The notes: generated by a model from the letters alone, not told the origin. DNA of 64,000 nt from an uncultured bacterium (GCA_963851055.1 CAWKMY010000004.1:16677-80676); one strand, 5' to 3'; positions 54,756-63,388 are shown, numbered from the stretch's first letter. Program-made: numbers and translations.

Positions 54756-56050
54756 CCAAATTCCAGATCATAGTCCTCGGCATATTCGTAGCTTTCATAG
54801 TCATAGGCGTCATCGCTTTTGCCACCTTCAAGGGCAGTACCGGGACGAGCTCTCTGCCTTCCATCACCGTCTGGGGCACTTTTCCGGCGGATACTTTCAA
54901 TACATACGTCGCCAAGATCAGCACCACTCTACCAGAATCTTTGACCATCAATTACAAGCAAGAATCGCCCCAACAATTCCCGCAGGATTTCGTCGCCGCT
55001 CTGGCCCGCGGCATAGGCCCGGATGTCATCCTTATACCGTCTGACATGCTCCTTCCGGAGGAAAATAAATTGACACTTATTCCTTATGGCACTTTGCCAC
55101 AAAGGACATTTCTCGACACTTATATACAAGAAGCCGGCATATACGATACCGGTTCCGGCTTCATAGGCGTGCCTTTCACCGTTGATCCTTTGGTAATGTA
55201 TTGGAATAGGGACATGTTCAATGCTGCCGGCGTTGCCACTTATCCACGATATTGGGATGAATTCACGGGTCTCAACCAGAAATTGACGACCAAAGATGCT
55301 AATGGCAATATACGCCAGTCAGCCATTGCTCTGGGCGATTTTACCAACGTGGACAATGCCCGCGAGATACTCGGATCGCTCTTCATGCAGGTCGGCAGCC
55401 GGATAACCGTACAGGCGCCAACAGGCGCGGTGACGAGCGCTATCAATGCAGGTAACGGCAGCGGCGCGGATATTACTCCTGCTCTGCAGTTCTTCACCCA
55501 ATTCGTCGATCCGACTAATGCCAACTATTCCTGGAATAGGAGCATGCCGGATTCCAAGACGGCTTTCTTGTCAGGTACTCTGGCAACCTATTTTGGCCTA
55601 GCATCGGAGCTTTCAGATATTCAGGCCAAGAATCCAAACTTGAGCTTCGACGTGGCGCCCCTGCCTCAGCTCCGTACCGGAGGGACCAAAGCTGGCTATG
55701 CCGAGATGTACGGCTTCTCCATCGTCCGCGCTTCCGCCAACGCAAATGCCGCTTACCAGATCATTTCTATTCTCACAGAGCCTGCCTACTTGTCGACTCT
55801 ATCGGCGACAATGTATCTTCCGCCGACAAGGACCGATCTCATAGCCGCCGGTTCGAATGATAAATACATCACTATATTCGATGAAGCCGCTCTCACGGGC
55901 AGGACTTGGCTCGACTCCGATCCCGGCCAATCGTCCCAGATATTCGGAAATCTTGTGGACACCATTACCAGCGGCCGCGAAGCCTTGATTCAGGCCGTAG
56001 CCGATGCGTCTAACCAATACAACGCCGTCTTGCAACAGGCTACGCAATGA
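54752..56050 (+). CDS. membrane-anchored extracellular solute-binding-like protein (family 1)
   Basis: ATGA overlap with the methyltransferase gene. N-terminal TM IIVLGIFVAFIVIGVIAFATF. SBP_bac_1-like body (VILIPSDML, MYWNRDMFNAAGV). No permease or ATPase gene nearby. Confidence 0.65.
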   Translation: MTKFQIIVLGIFVAFIVIGVIAFATFKGSTGTSSLPSITVWGTFPADTFNTYVAKISTTLPESLTINYKQESPQQFPQDFVAALARGIGPDVILIPSDMLLPEENKLTLIPYGTLPQRTFLDTYIQEAGIYDTGSGFIGVPFTVDPLVMYWNRDMFNAAGVATYPRYWDEFTGLNQKLTTKDANGNIRQSAIALGDFTNVDNAREILGSLFMQVGSRITVQAPTGAVTSAINAGNGSGADITPALQFFTQFVDPTNANYSWNRSMPDSKTAFLSGTLATYFGLASELSDIQAKNPNLSFDVAPLPQLRTGGTKAGYAEMYGFSIVRASANANAAYQIISILTEPAYLSTLSATMYLPPTRTDLIAAGSNDKYITIFDEAALTGRTWLDSDPGQSSQIFGNLVDTITSGREALIQAVADASNQYNAVLQQATQ

Positions 56051-56068
56051 CAATTAAATTGTAATTCA

Positions 56069-56587
56069 ATGAAGAATATTTCAATGAAGTGCGCGAAATG
56101 GTTTAAGTCTGTCATGGTGCTTTTCTCGGCGGTTTTTCTTTTAGTACCGTCGCTTATCGCTCCGGCTATTCTTATACCAATGACTGCGGTTGCGCAAACA
56201 CAGCCGGTTGATAATGTAAATCTCAATGATTCTGCTTTCAAGATTGTTGTATGTGATGGACCTCAGCTGCCTTCCACTATGACTACTCCAAGCGGATACA
56301 TTCCATGTAATTTTAATTACGCTATCTTCCAAATCCAACACCTCATCAACATTGCAATAGTCGTCGGCGTCTTTGCCGCCATCGTCCTGTTCTCTTACGC
56401 CGGCTACATCTATATTTCCGGAGGCATGCGTGGTGACGCCAATGCCCATTCGACCGCTATAGACATCTTCCGAAAAGTCGGCATAGGGTTTATAATCATG
56501 TTGTCGGCCTGGTTCATCGTATATCAGATCATGGCTTGGCTGACGGGGAGTTCTGGTTTTGCCGTACTTTTAGGAAAGCCGTCGTAA
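56069..56587 (+). CDS. VirB2/TrbC-like (T4SS-pilin-like) small membrane protein 1
   Basis: Signal peptide, Cys-containing variable part, helix IAIVVGVFAAIVLFSYAGYIYI, loop SGGMRGDANAH, helix VGIGFIIMLSAWFIVYQIMAWL. Confidence 0.6.
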   Translation: MKNISMKCAKWFKSVMVLFSAVFLLVPSLIAPAILIPMTAVAQTQPVDNVNLNDSAFKIVVCDGPQLPSTMTTPSGYIPCNFNYAIFQIQHLINIAIVVGVFAAIVLFSYAGYIYISGGMRGDANAHSTAIDIFRKVGIGFIIMLSAWFIVYQIMAWLTGSSGFAVLLGKPS

Positions 56588-56603
56588 TAAACGATTTATT
56601 TCA

Positions 56604-57107
56604 ATGAAATCTTACAAAATAAAACAGTTTTTATTCACGGGATTACTTGTAGTCTCTGTAATTGTGTCTTTATCAAGTATCACATTTGCACAGGGAACTG
56701 ATAATTCAGCAGGGAATTTGAATCCTGGTAATTCAGCGGCCCAACCAAATCCAGGTAATTCCGCAGGGCAATCTAATACAGGAACCTTCACTCTCCAGAA
56801 CCCCCTAGGTAGCAAAGTCACTTCTCTGGCCGGCTTGGTCCAAACTTTCGTTGATGTAGTCAGCTATATCCTCATACTATTCGCCATTCTCATGCTTGTA
56901 TGGACTGGCCTCCAATACATTCTAGCCCAAGGCAATTCTGACAGGATCAAGGAGCTCCACAAACAGCTTTTGTGGATAGTCATTGGTGTGGCTATCGTCA
57001 TAAGCGCCAGGGTCATCGTGGATGTAGTTATCAACACTCTCAAAGTGGCTAATGTTATAAACCCTAGCACGTTGCAACAGGTTCAGAATGCGGCGCATGG
57101 ACAATAG
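56604..57107 (+). CDS. VirB2/TrbC-like small membrane protein 2
   Basis: Signal peptide ..ITFA|QG, NPGNSA repeats, helix VVSYILILFAILMLVWTGLQYIL, loop AQGNSDRIKE, helix LLWIVIGVAIVISARVIV. Confidence 0.6.
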   Translation: MKSYKIKQFLFTGLLVVSVIVSLSSITFAQGTDNSAGNLNPGNSAAQPNPGNSAGQSNTGTFTLQNPLGSKVTSLAGLVQTFVDVVSYILILFAILMLVWTGLQYILAQGNSDRIKELHKQLLWIVIGVAIVISARVIVDVVINTLKVANVINPSTLQQVQNAAHGQ

Positions 57108-57136
57108 ATTAATCATATTATAAAATCATCAATAAC

Positions 57137-57436
57137 ATGAACAGTACAACAGATCTTAAAGGTGTCATCGCTATAGTGGCCAGTTATATGAATAGCATTG
57201 TCGAGCTCCTGATGGGCTTGGCCGTAGTGTTTTTCGTCTGGTATATCATCAAGTATTTCATGAGGCCTAGCGACAATCGCGGAGAAGCCGCCCAATATGT
57301 CATGTATAGTCTGATAGGTTTTTTCGTCATATTGTCTTTCTGGGGCATAGTCAATATTCTCAGAGGAAGTTTTAATTTGAACCAGACAAACACCAGCCAA
57401 TCATGGTCTGATTTCTTCAATATCATTCCTAAATAA
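57137..57436 (+). CDS. VirB2/TrbC-like small membrane protein 3
   Basis: Helix LLMGLAVVFFVWYIIKYF, loop MRPSDNRGEAAQ, helix YVMYSLIGFFVILSFWGIVNIL. Confidence 0.6.
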   Translation: MNSTTDLKGVIAIVASYMNSIVELLMGLAVVFFVWYIIKYFMRPSDNRGEAAQYVMYSLIGFFVILSFWGIVNILRGSFNLNQTNTSQSWSDFFNIIPK

Positions 57437-57447
57437 TAAATCCACCA

Positions 57448-57837
57448 ATGAATAGCCCGGCTTTAGGACAAATCAATAATGCCAACGATTTGGTTAGGCG
57501 TCTTGCTAGTATAGGCACGGTTGTCATATATCTACTGGTTGGCTTGGCTCTGATCTACATCGTCTATGCCGCAGTACAGTATTTCATCAAGGGCGGGGAA
57601 GGCGATGAAAGCCGTCACGCCGCTTCCATGCAGATATTCTGGGGCGTGTTAGGATTGGCCGTCATCATGTCATTGTGGGGGCTCGTTAACATATTTGTTA
57701 ATACTTTCGTAACCAATCCAAACAAACCGACGCCGCCAAATGCCGATTTCATTACCAATACCTCTGCTACTCCCACAGTCAATCCATACCCGGACACTCA
57801 ACCAACAGACTGTTCTAATGGGCCAGCTGGCTGTTAA
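57448..57837 (+). CDS. VirB2/TrbC-like small membrane protein 4
   Basis: Helix VVIYLLVGLALIYIVYAAVQYFI, loop KGGEGDESRHAA, helix IFWGVLGLAVIMSLWGLVNIF, then a Pro/Thr/Asn tail. Confidence 0.7.
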   Translation: MNSPALGQINNANDLVRRLASIGTVVIYLLVGLALIYIVYAAVQYFIKGGEGDESRHAASMQIFWGVLGLAVIMSLWGLVNIFVNTFVTNPNKPTPPNADFITNTSATPTVNPYPDTQPTDCSNGPAGC

Positions 57838-57940
57838 TAAGGACCATACCTATCCACAGGGCTTAATTGTATAGAAGAGGCAACAGATGTATCATTGAAC
57901 CACGAATTAGTATTAATTATCAGCAGCCTAATCAAACATC

Positions 57941-58342
57941 ATGAAGAAATTACTTGTTTTAGCCGCGTTTATTGTTCCGTCCATCGCCTTAGCACAAACC
58001 CAACCTATTACTGACGTCAACTCTCTAACTTATAAGCTCGTTGGCATAGGCAATACGGTTATATATCTGCTCGTTTCTCTGGCAGTCATATACATTATCT
58101 GGAATGTAGTTCAGTATTTTATCAAAGGCAGCAGCGGTGAGGAAGGTTCTCGCACCAAGGCTGGTATGGGCATCCTCTGGGGTATTGTCGGCTTGGCCGT
58201 CATCCTCTCCATTTGGGGTCTCGTCGGCATTCTAACTAACACTTTCCGTACTACTCCTCCGAGCAACAGTCCTATTCCTAACCTGGGTAACAGCGTCGGT
58301 TCCGGCGGCATCCCGTCAAATCAGGTTCCGATAGTCCAGTAA
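57941..58342 (+). CDS. VirB2/TrbC-like small membrane protein 5
   Basis: Signal ..SIALA|QT, helix VIYLLVSLAVIYIIWNVVQYFI, loop KGSSGEEGSRTKA, helix ILWGIVGLAVILSIWGLVGIL. Confidence 0.7.
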   Translation: MKKLLVLAAFIVPSIALAQTQPITDVNSLTYKLVGIGNTVIYLLVSLAVIYIIWNVVQYFIKGSSGEEGSRTKAGMGILWGIVGLAVILSIWGLVGILTNTFRTTPPSNSPIPNLGNSVGSGGIPSNQVPIVQ

Positions 58343-58344
58343 GG

Positions 58345-58650
58345 GTGTCTAGTTACATATCCATGTTCTCACTAGTGCCACAAGTACAGGCGCAAGTTGA
58401 CGCTACCGCTTTCGGTAATGTGGTCAATCCTGTCATCACCAATATCGTCGATCCGGTGATCGAACTCATGGCTCTGGTAGGTATTCTGGTATTCATTTGG
58501 GGTGTGGTGCAAATGATAATGAATGGCGACGATCCTGAAGCCCGTGTTACCGGCCGTAACCACATGCTTTGGGGCATAGTAGGGGTAGTTATCATGCTTT
58601 CGGCCTGGGCTATAGTATTTCTCGTTTCTAATACGATTAAAGGGGTTTGA
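58345..58650 (+). CDS. VirB2/TrbC-like small membrane protein 6
   Basis: GTG start 2 nt after the previous stop. Helix LMALVGILVFIWGVVQMIM, loop NGDDPEARVTGRN, helix MLWGIVGVVIMLSAWAIVFLV. Confidence 0.6.
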   Translation: MSSYISMFSLVPQVQAQVDATAFGNVVNPVITNIVDPVIELMALVGILVFIWGVVQMIMNGDDPEARVTGRNHMLWGIVGVVIMLSAWAIVFLVSNTIKGV

Positions 58651-58673
58651 TTGATAATCGGAAAATCTGGTAA

Positions 58674-58712
58674 CAAAAATGGGCCGCAAGAGAGTTGAAT
58701 CTCAAGCGGCCC
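58674..58712 (-). terminator. hairpin terminator between convergent operons
   Basis: GGGCCGC-18 nt-GCGGCCC. On the minus strand it is followed by ATTTTTGTT. Confidence 0.55.
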
Positions 58713-58727
58713 GTTACGTTCTGGGAT

Positions 58728-59132
58728 CTAATATTCTCCCGGCTTCAGTTCGGTGTAAGTGCAATGCAACTTCACCGGGACTACTCGGTAACCCTGATTG
58801 AACTCGAACGTAAGTCCTTGTCCAATGCTGTATTCCGTGTGGCCTGGCGATGTTCCAGTGACTTGCAAGTCGCCCTGCACGACGTGTATAGGAGCGTAGC
58901 CCCAATTCACGTTGAGATGATAGCCGAACGGCGTTGACACATTCGTCGTTTCCGTCGTCATCACAATGTCGTTGGTGTAGACACGGGGTGACCATTGCTG
59001 AGAGCCGGCCTTGTTCTGGCTCGTAATGGCCGACCCGGGCCGTGGCGCATACAAGTAAGCATACGCTGCTACGACGACAATTATTATCAATATCGCCGCC
59101 GCCCATTTTTTCTTGCTTTGTTCATTTTCCAT
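58728..59132 (-). CDS. hypothetical single-TM protein with beta-rich C-domain (NfeD-like layout?)
   Basis: 134 aa with TM WAAAILIIIVVVAAYAYLY and then a beta-strand-like domain. It lies 10 nt downstream of the SPFH-like gene. Confidence 0.45.
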   Translation of the reverse strand: MENEQSKKKWAAAILIIIVVVAAYAYLYAPRPGSAITSQNKAGSQQWSPRVYTNDIVMTTETTNVSTPFGYHLNVNWGYAPIHVVQGDLQVTGTSPGHTEYSIGQGLTFEFNQGYRVVPVKLHCTYTELKPGEY

Positions 59133-59142
59133 AGTTCACCTT

Positions 59143-60114
59143 TCATTTTTCTGGCATGTGAATGTGGGTGTCCCTGACGATGATAGCTCCAGCAGAACTA
59201 CCCTCCACCACGAGTTTAGTTAGTCCGCCATCCTCCAGTAATTCGGCGTCCAGCATGGCTTGCCATGCCTTTTGGCCCTCGGGCGTGCTTACTTGCACCT
59301 TTATTTTATCGGCACGAAGCAGGTCGGCTTCAGTTTTTGCCATACGTGCGTCGTTTTCGAATTTGGCCTGGGCGGCCTTGCTCATGGTTGTAAGTATGTC
59401 ATCCGACAGCTTAAAGTCAATTGTTGGGAGATACGGCTTGAAGCCAAAAAACTCTCCTTTGAGCTTACCATTTTTATCAGGCGAACCCGGCACAACTCTG
59501 CCATTGATGATGTGATCTTCCAATAGGGCCGTGATTTTGTCTGCCGAAGTGACCAATTCCATCGCTGTGAGTCTGTGGTGAGTGACGATGTGTTGGACCA
59601 CTCTGTATGGCAGGTTACCCATGTCTTCTTTGATCTTGTCGAAACCGCCGACTTGGGTGTATCTATCCATACGATCATTGTCAGGTATAGCCGGAATCGT
59701 CAGGGTGCCTTCCACTGAGAAGGATTTCGTCACCCTGTCGTCTTTGAATTCCTCCACCGTCATTATTTTCATCGGGAATACCAGAGACTTCAGCCTGATA
59801 TCCACACGGACGACCTCGACATAGAACGGAGGATATGGTGCCAATATCGTCATACCACTTACGGTCTTTGTCTTTCCGTCATTGTCCTTGACGAATTGGT
59901 CGGCCACCTTAAGGGCACCGACCTCTTCACTCGGTTTGAACTTGGCCCAACCAGCCGGTATGGCCAAAATGGCCAGAACGGTCACTATTCCCCCGGCTAT
60001 GCCAAGCTTAGGCCCACTTACGAGCAGTATTATGCCGATAGCCAGGGCGACTGTTATGCCGAAGGAGACTTTTCTGGTCTCCTCGGTTTGTGTTATACCA
60101 TCAATCAGTTTCAT
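59143..60114 (-). CDS. SPFH/band-7-like membrane protein
   Basis: Two N-terminal TM helices, then ..PSEEVGALKV..VEVVRVDIRLKSLVFPMKIMT..SVEGTLTI.., then an Ala/Lys/Glu helical tail (AQAKFENDARMAKTEADLLRADK). The assignment is from layout and motif feel only. Confidence 0.5.
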   Translation of the reverse strand: MKLIDGITQTEETRKVSFGITVALAIGIILLVSGPKLGIAGGIVTVLAILAIPAGWAKFKPSEEVGALKVADQFVKDNDGKTKTVSGMTILAPYPPFYVEVVRVDIRLKSLVFPMKIMTVEEFKDDRVTKSFSVEGTLTIPAIPDNDRMDRYTQVGGFDKIKEDMGNLPYRVVQHIVTHHRLTAMELVTSADKITALLEDHIINGRVVPGSPDKNGKLKGEFFGFKPYLPTIDFKLSDDILTTMSKAAQAKFENDARMAKTEADLLRADKIKVQVSTPEGQKAWQAMLDAELLEDGGLTKLVVEGSSAGAIIVRDTHIHMPEK

Positions 60115-60279
60115 GTTTTCCTTTCGATTTCCCTAACCAATAGGGAAGTCACGTTGTTCATTTGTTTTATTTCAATGCGATACCCTTGCGGATACCGGCG
60201 TAGCTCAACAGGAGCGACGCAGCTAAAGTTTTGACGCCACCTTACCATATTAAGATATGAAAGTCAATATCTGTCAAAT

Positions 60280-60315
60280 ATAAAAATCTCCAACATTCCT
60301 TGCGGTTTGTTGGAG
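60280..60315 (-). terminator. intrinsic terminator of the 60332-62038 gene
   Basis: On the minus strand, CTCCAACA-12 nt-TGTTGGAG is followed by ATTTTTATATTT. Confidence 0.6.
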
Positions 60316-60331
60316 AATGACACAGTCTCGT

Positions 60332-62038
60332 TTATTGTTGGTGCTGGTAAACCACGCCCGAATTCGGGGCTTTTAGTGCCGCTATTTCCGGAGGTAATGC
60401 AGTAGGCGTGTTGTTAATGGTTGTGTATGTCGGCTGGCCTCCTTTCGAAGGTTTAGATGCCGTAAGCCACTTGCCACATGCGACAATAACCAATATAGCC
60501 GACACTGCCATGATTATCATCCCGTAAGACGTTCCAGAGTTCCTTGTCACTGACTCAGGTTTCGCTCTTTCAGTCCGCTTGGTTCGAACGATCATTCGAA
60601 TCGTGCGGATGAACAGTGCCATGAACCATCTTGTCTCCGATTTTTTCGGATCAACCACGGCTGGTTCCGGCCGTTTCCTGACTTCGGTCAAGATCCTCTG
60701 CAGGACCTGACCGTGTTTATGCAATATGTCGCCATGTCCACACAGATCACTGGCATGCGCTTGGAATATCCGCTCATTTTCCTTCTGATGCGCAGCGATT
60801 TCTCCGGCAAGGTTGCCGAAGGAACTTGCAAGGGCGGCATGGCTAGCATTGAAGGCTTTTCGCGTTGCCTGGCTATGACGCCAGACTTTATTCAACCTCC
60901 ATCGCGTATTCCACAACTTCTTCCACATGAATACGACCGCCATTCGCCATAGCCCCGATCTGTATCGGTTTTCGGTGCTTTTTTTGACCATGGTCAGGAC
61001 TTTTTCCAAGGTCATTTGCATCTCGCTCACTTGCGCGAGCGTTCTGGCAATCAGGGCTCGATTGACTGTGTCGGTCTGATTTTTAGCTGGTTGTGCCAGC
61101 TCCTCGAGAGCTGATTTGATCATACCCGCGAGCTTTGACTGGAACGCCTCATTCATCCGTTCGATCTTTTCCACTGCCATTTTCACGGATAATTCAGCCG
61201 CATCCGCGATGGACTTGGCCAATGCAGCATCTTGCGGTTGCTGCGGAGCTAGTTTGAGCTTGGCGAATATCGCCGTTATCTTTTTGCCCAACGTCGCGTC
61301 ATTTCGGTTAAGCCTACGTTGGATTTCACGCATAAGCACGGTTAATTGACCTAAGATTTGACCCTGTTGGATCAGAATCTCATTCCGTTTCGACATAGCC
61401 TCGATCGTTTCCAATGCTCGTTCTATCTGCTCCCGTTGGTTACCAATGATCTCGAATTTGGAGAGCGACACCTCGACCTTCTTGAGCAACTCTTCGATTC
61501 GAGCTTGGTCATGGGGCGTCATTTGAGGCGGCGAATTCCCAGGTGGATTATTACCCACATTTACGGTAATTACTGCTCCCACGGCTGGACCTTGCACTGG
61601 CGCCGTTGGCGCAGGTGCAGGGACAGAAGCGACTCCAACTCTCGGTGCTTCTATCTGTTTGGGAGTTTCAGCGGGAGGTTTCTCCCCGCGCTTCTCGGCC
61701 ATGATGGCCGCGATATCTGCGTCAGTGAGGATGAACTTTATCTGCGCCTTGTCACTGCCTATGAGGAACGAGCCGTTCCGCGCTTGAACCGTGCAGATAT
61801 ATGAGTCTGCCTTGATTCCTATCGGTTCACCTCGATACTTCCTGACCTCGAGCGAAGACAAGCGGACTTCAATTTCTTCACCGCTCGCCGTGTTTACCTC
61901 GATTCTTTGTTCCGGGAATATGAGCGCGCTTGCGCTCTCCATCCATATGAGGTAATGCAAATCTCCGTTACCCTTTATGGGCTTAAGGAAGATAGCGCCG
62001 TCTTTGTAGCGTATCTCCGGTTTCGGTAAATTATTCAT
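60332..62038 (-). CDS. large hypothetical protein: N-terminal beta domain, Pro-rich linker, long coiled coil, basic region, C-terminal TM
   Basis: 568-aa intact ORF with its own promoter and terminator. No family was recognised. Confidence 0.6.
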   Translation of the reverse strand: MNNLPKPEIRYKDGAIFLKPIKGNGDLHYLIWMESASALIFPEQRIEVNTASGEEIEVRLSSLEVRKYRGEPIGIKADSYICTVQARNGSFLIGSDKAQIKFILTDADIAAIMAEKRGEKPPAETPKQIEAPRVGVASVPAPAPTAPVQGPAVGAVITVNVGNNPPGNSPPQMTPHDQARIEELLKKVEVSLSKFEIIGNQREQIERALETIEAMSKRNEILIQQGQILGQLTVLMREIQRRLNRNDATLGKKITAIFAKLKLAPQQPQDAALAKSIADAAELSVKMAVEKIERMNEAFQSKLAGMIKSALEELAQPAKNQTDTVNRALIARTLAQVSEMQMTLEKVLTMVKKSTENRYRSGLWRMAVVFMWKKLWNTRWRLNKVWRHSQATRKAFNASHAALASSFGNLAGEIAAHQKENERIFQAHASDLCGHGDILHKHGQVLQRILTEVRKRPEPAVVDPKKSETRWFMALFIRTIRMIVRTKRTERAKPESVTRNSGTSYGMIIMAVSAILVIVACGKWLTASKPSKGGQPTYTTINNTPTALPPEIAALKAPNSGVVYQHQQ

Positions 62039-62126
62039 GAATTAACTCTTTCTCTTTGTTGTCGGTTTTTAGTTGTTAAGGTGCCGCGGCTTTTTAGGGT
62101 CGCCAGTCACCAGTTAGTTTGCTCGG

Positions 62127-62155
62127 ACTATATGTTATTTTCCACAAAAAGTCAA
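62127..62155 (-). promoter_or_regulatory. sigma70-type promoter directly abutting the tRNA 3' end
   Basis: On the minus strand, TTGACT (rc 62150-62155), a 17-nt spacer, then TATAGT (rc 62127-62132). Confidence 0.5.
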
Positions 62156-62240
62156 TGGTGCCGGGGAGAGGACTCGAACCTCCAAGGATTGCTCCGCGTG
62201 GTCCTAAGCCACGTGCGTCTACCAATTTCGCCACCCCGGC
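62156..62240 (-). tRNA. tRNA-Leu (anticodon UAG), class II, CCA encoded
   Basis: The hand-folded sequence is GCCGGGG-TG-GCG-AAATTGGTAGA-CGC-A-CGTGG-CT[TAG]GA-CCACG-long variable arm-GGAGG-TTCGAGT-CCTCT-CCCCGGC-ACCA. Confidence 0.9.
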
Positions 62241-62274
62241 AGGGGAAGTGACCGCTATAGAATCTAACACAATA

Positions 62275-63195
62275 TCAGATGGAATTCGAACCCTCTATCA
62301 ATTGCGGCGCCCCGGAGTAATTCGGTGGTGGAAGAGGTGGAGGAGGCGGATTGGAGTCATTTGTTCCAGATGATGAATCGCCGGAACCTGATCCGGAACC
62401 TGTCTGGCCATTTGATGAATCTCCGGAGCCGGATCCTGAACCAGTCTGACCGTTGGATGAATTATCTTGGCCGCTAGATGATCCGCCTTGATCTGTAGGC
62501 GAAATATTTTGGCCGGCGGGCGGAGGTAGCGGAGGAGGTGGCGATGATGGCGGTGGAGGCGGCGTATCGATGATGGCTATCGCCTGGTCCGCTTCCTGTA
62601 TAGCCGCGTCCACTGCCACTTGGTCTTTAGCTATCTCTTCCGGGGTAAGGCCGGAATTGTCCGGCGTCAAATTATCTATAATCAATTTCAATTCAGAGAT
62701 GTATTGCTCAACATCATTGGCGTACTGTTGTACGGAGGCGTCCGAACTCTGGCTTGGTCCATTTTGATTCACATCTTGGACGAGAGCCTTCCAATCATTC
62801 AAAGTCGTGGTTATCTCCGCTCGCATGGTGTCTATATGAGCCTGAACATTTGGATCGGTCTTTATGATGATCTCCGGATTGGCGGTTGTTGGATTGGAGA
62901 AGAGGACATCGGTCTTATCAGTAACAGCTTCATTGTCGGCGACATAGGCGTTCTTTATATATGCCGCAGGTATGAATGTACCGCCGGACCCTCTAGTGAA
63001 TATTCCCGCAGGTGAATTGGCCGACGGACTTGAATTGGTCGTATCAGTTGCCGGTGCTTTTGCCGCTATTTGCGCGCTGATGTCGGCATTCTTTGTATTC
63101 TCTGAATGGAATAAATAATATCCTCCACTGGCTATGGCTATGAGAGGCACTCCGATGCCGATGACCCACACGAGAGCAATAACGTTCTTCTTCAT
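62275..63195 (-). CDS. membrane-anchored exported protein with Pro-rich and Gly/Ser-repeat C-terminus
   Basis: The start is taken at MKKNVIALVWVIGIGVPLIAIA, with TATAAT 6 nt upstream. The C-terminal region reads PPPPPSSPPPPLPPP..(SSNGQTGSGSGSGD)x2..PPPPPLPPP. Confidence 0.6.
   Translation of the reverse strand: MKKNVIALVWVIGIGVPLIAIASGGYYLFHSENTKNADISAQIAAKAPATDTTNSSPSANSPAGIFTRGSGGTFIPAAYIKNAYVADNEAVTDKTDVLFSNPTTANPEIIIKTDPNVQAHIDTMRAEITTTLNDWKALVQDVNQNGPSQSSDASVQQYANDVEQYISELKLIIDNLTPDNSGLTPEEIAKDQVAVDAAIQEADQAIAIIDTPPPPPSSPPPPLPPPAGQNISPTDQGGSSSGQDNSSNGQTGSGSGSGDSSNGQTGSGSGSGDSSSGTNDSNPPPPPLPPPNYSGAPQLIEGSNSI
62371..62454. repeat. 42-nt tandem repeat x2 (plus a partial third) in the coding region
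   Basis: tgatgaatcgccggaacctgatccggaacctgtctggccatt / tgatgaatctccggagccggatcctgaaccagtctgaccgtt. Confidence 0.8.
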
Positions 63196-63337
63196 GTACT
63201 TATTATACCTTATGATCTGTGCGCCGTTTAGACTAATACTTTGTGCTGTTTTTTGGTTAAAGTTCGAACTTTTTTCTCCGAAAATCCAGCACCATAATTT
63301 CTTTTTTGATTGCGTCTCGCTCTGCTCGTCGCTGGGA

Positions 63338-63388
63338 GAGGGCGGACGGAAGCCTGGGGGTTTGGGGGAAAGGATTCCGTCCGCCCTC
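63338..63388. other. 14-bp perfect hairpin with G-run loop in a structured intergenic region
   Basis: GAGGGCGGACGGAA-23 nt (gcctgggggtttgggggaaagga)-TTCCGTCCGCCCTC, followed on the plus strand by ACTATTTGTTTTT. Confidence 0.6.

Noticed and set aside
58700-62240. Integrated prophage or integrative element at the tRNA-Leu
   Set aside because: No integrase, recombinase or phage structural gene is present. I found no direct repeat of the tRNA 3' half (ggttcgagtcctctccccggcacca) elsewhere in the window. The adjacent gene has an ordinary promoter that starts right at the tRNA end.
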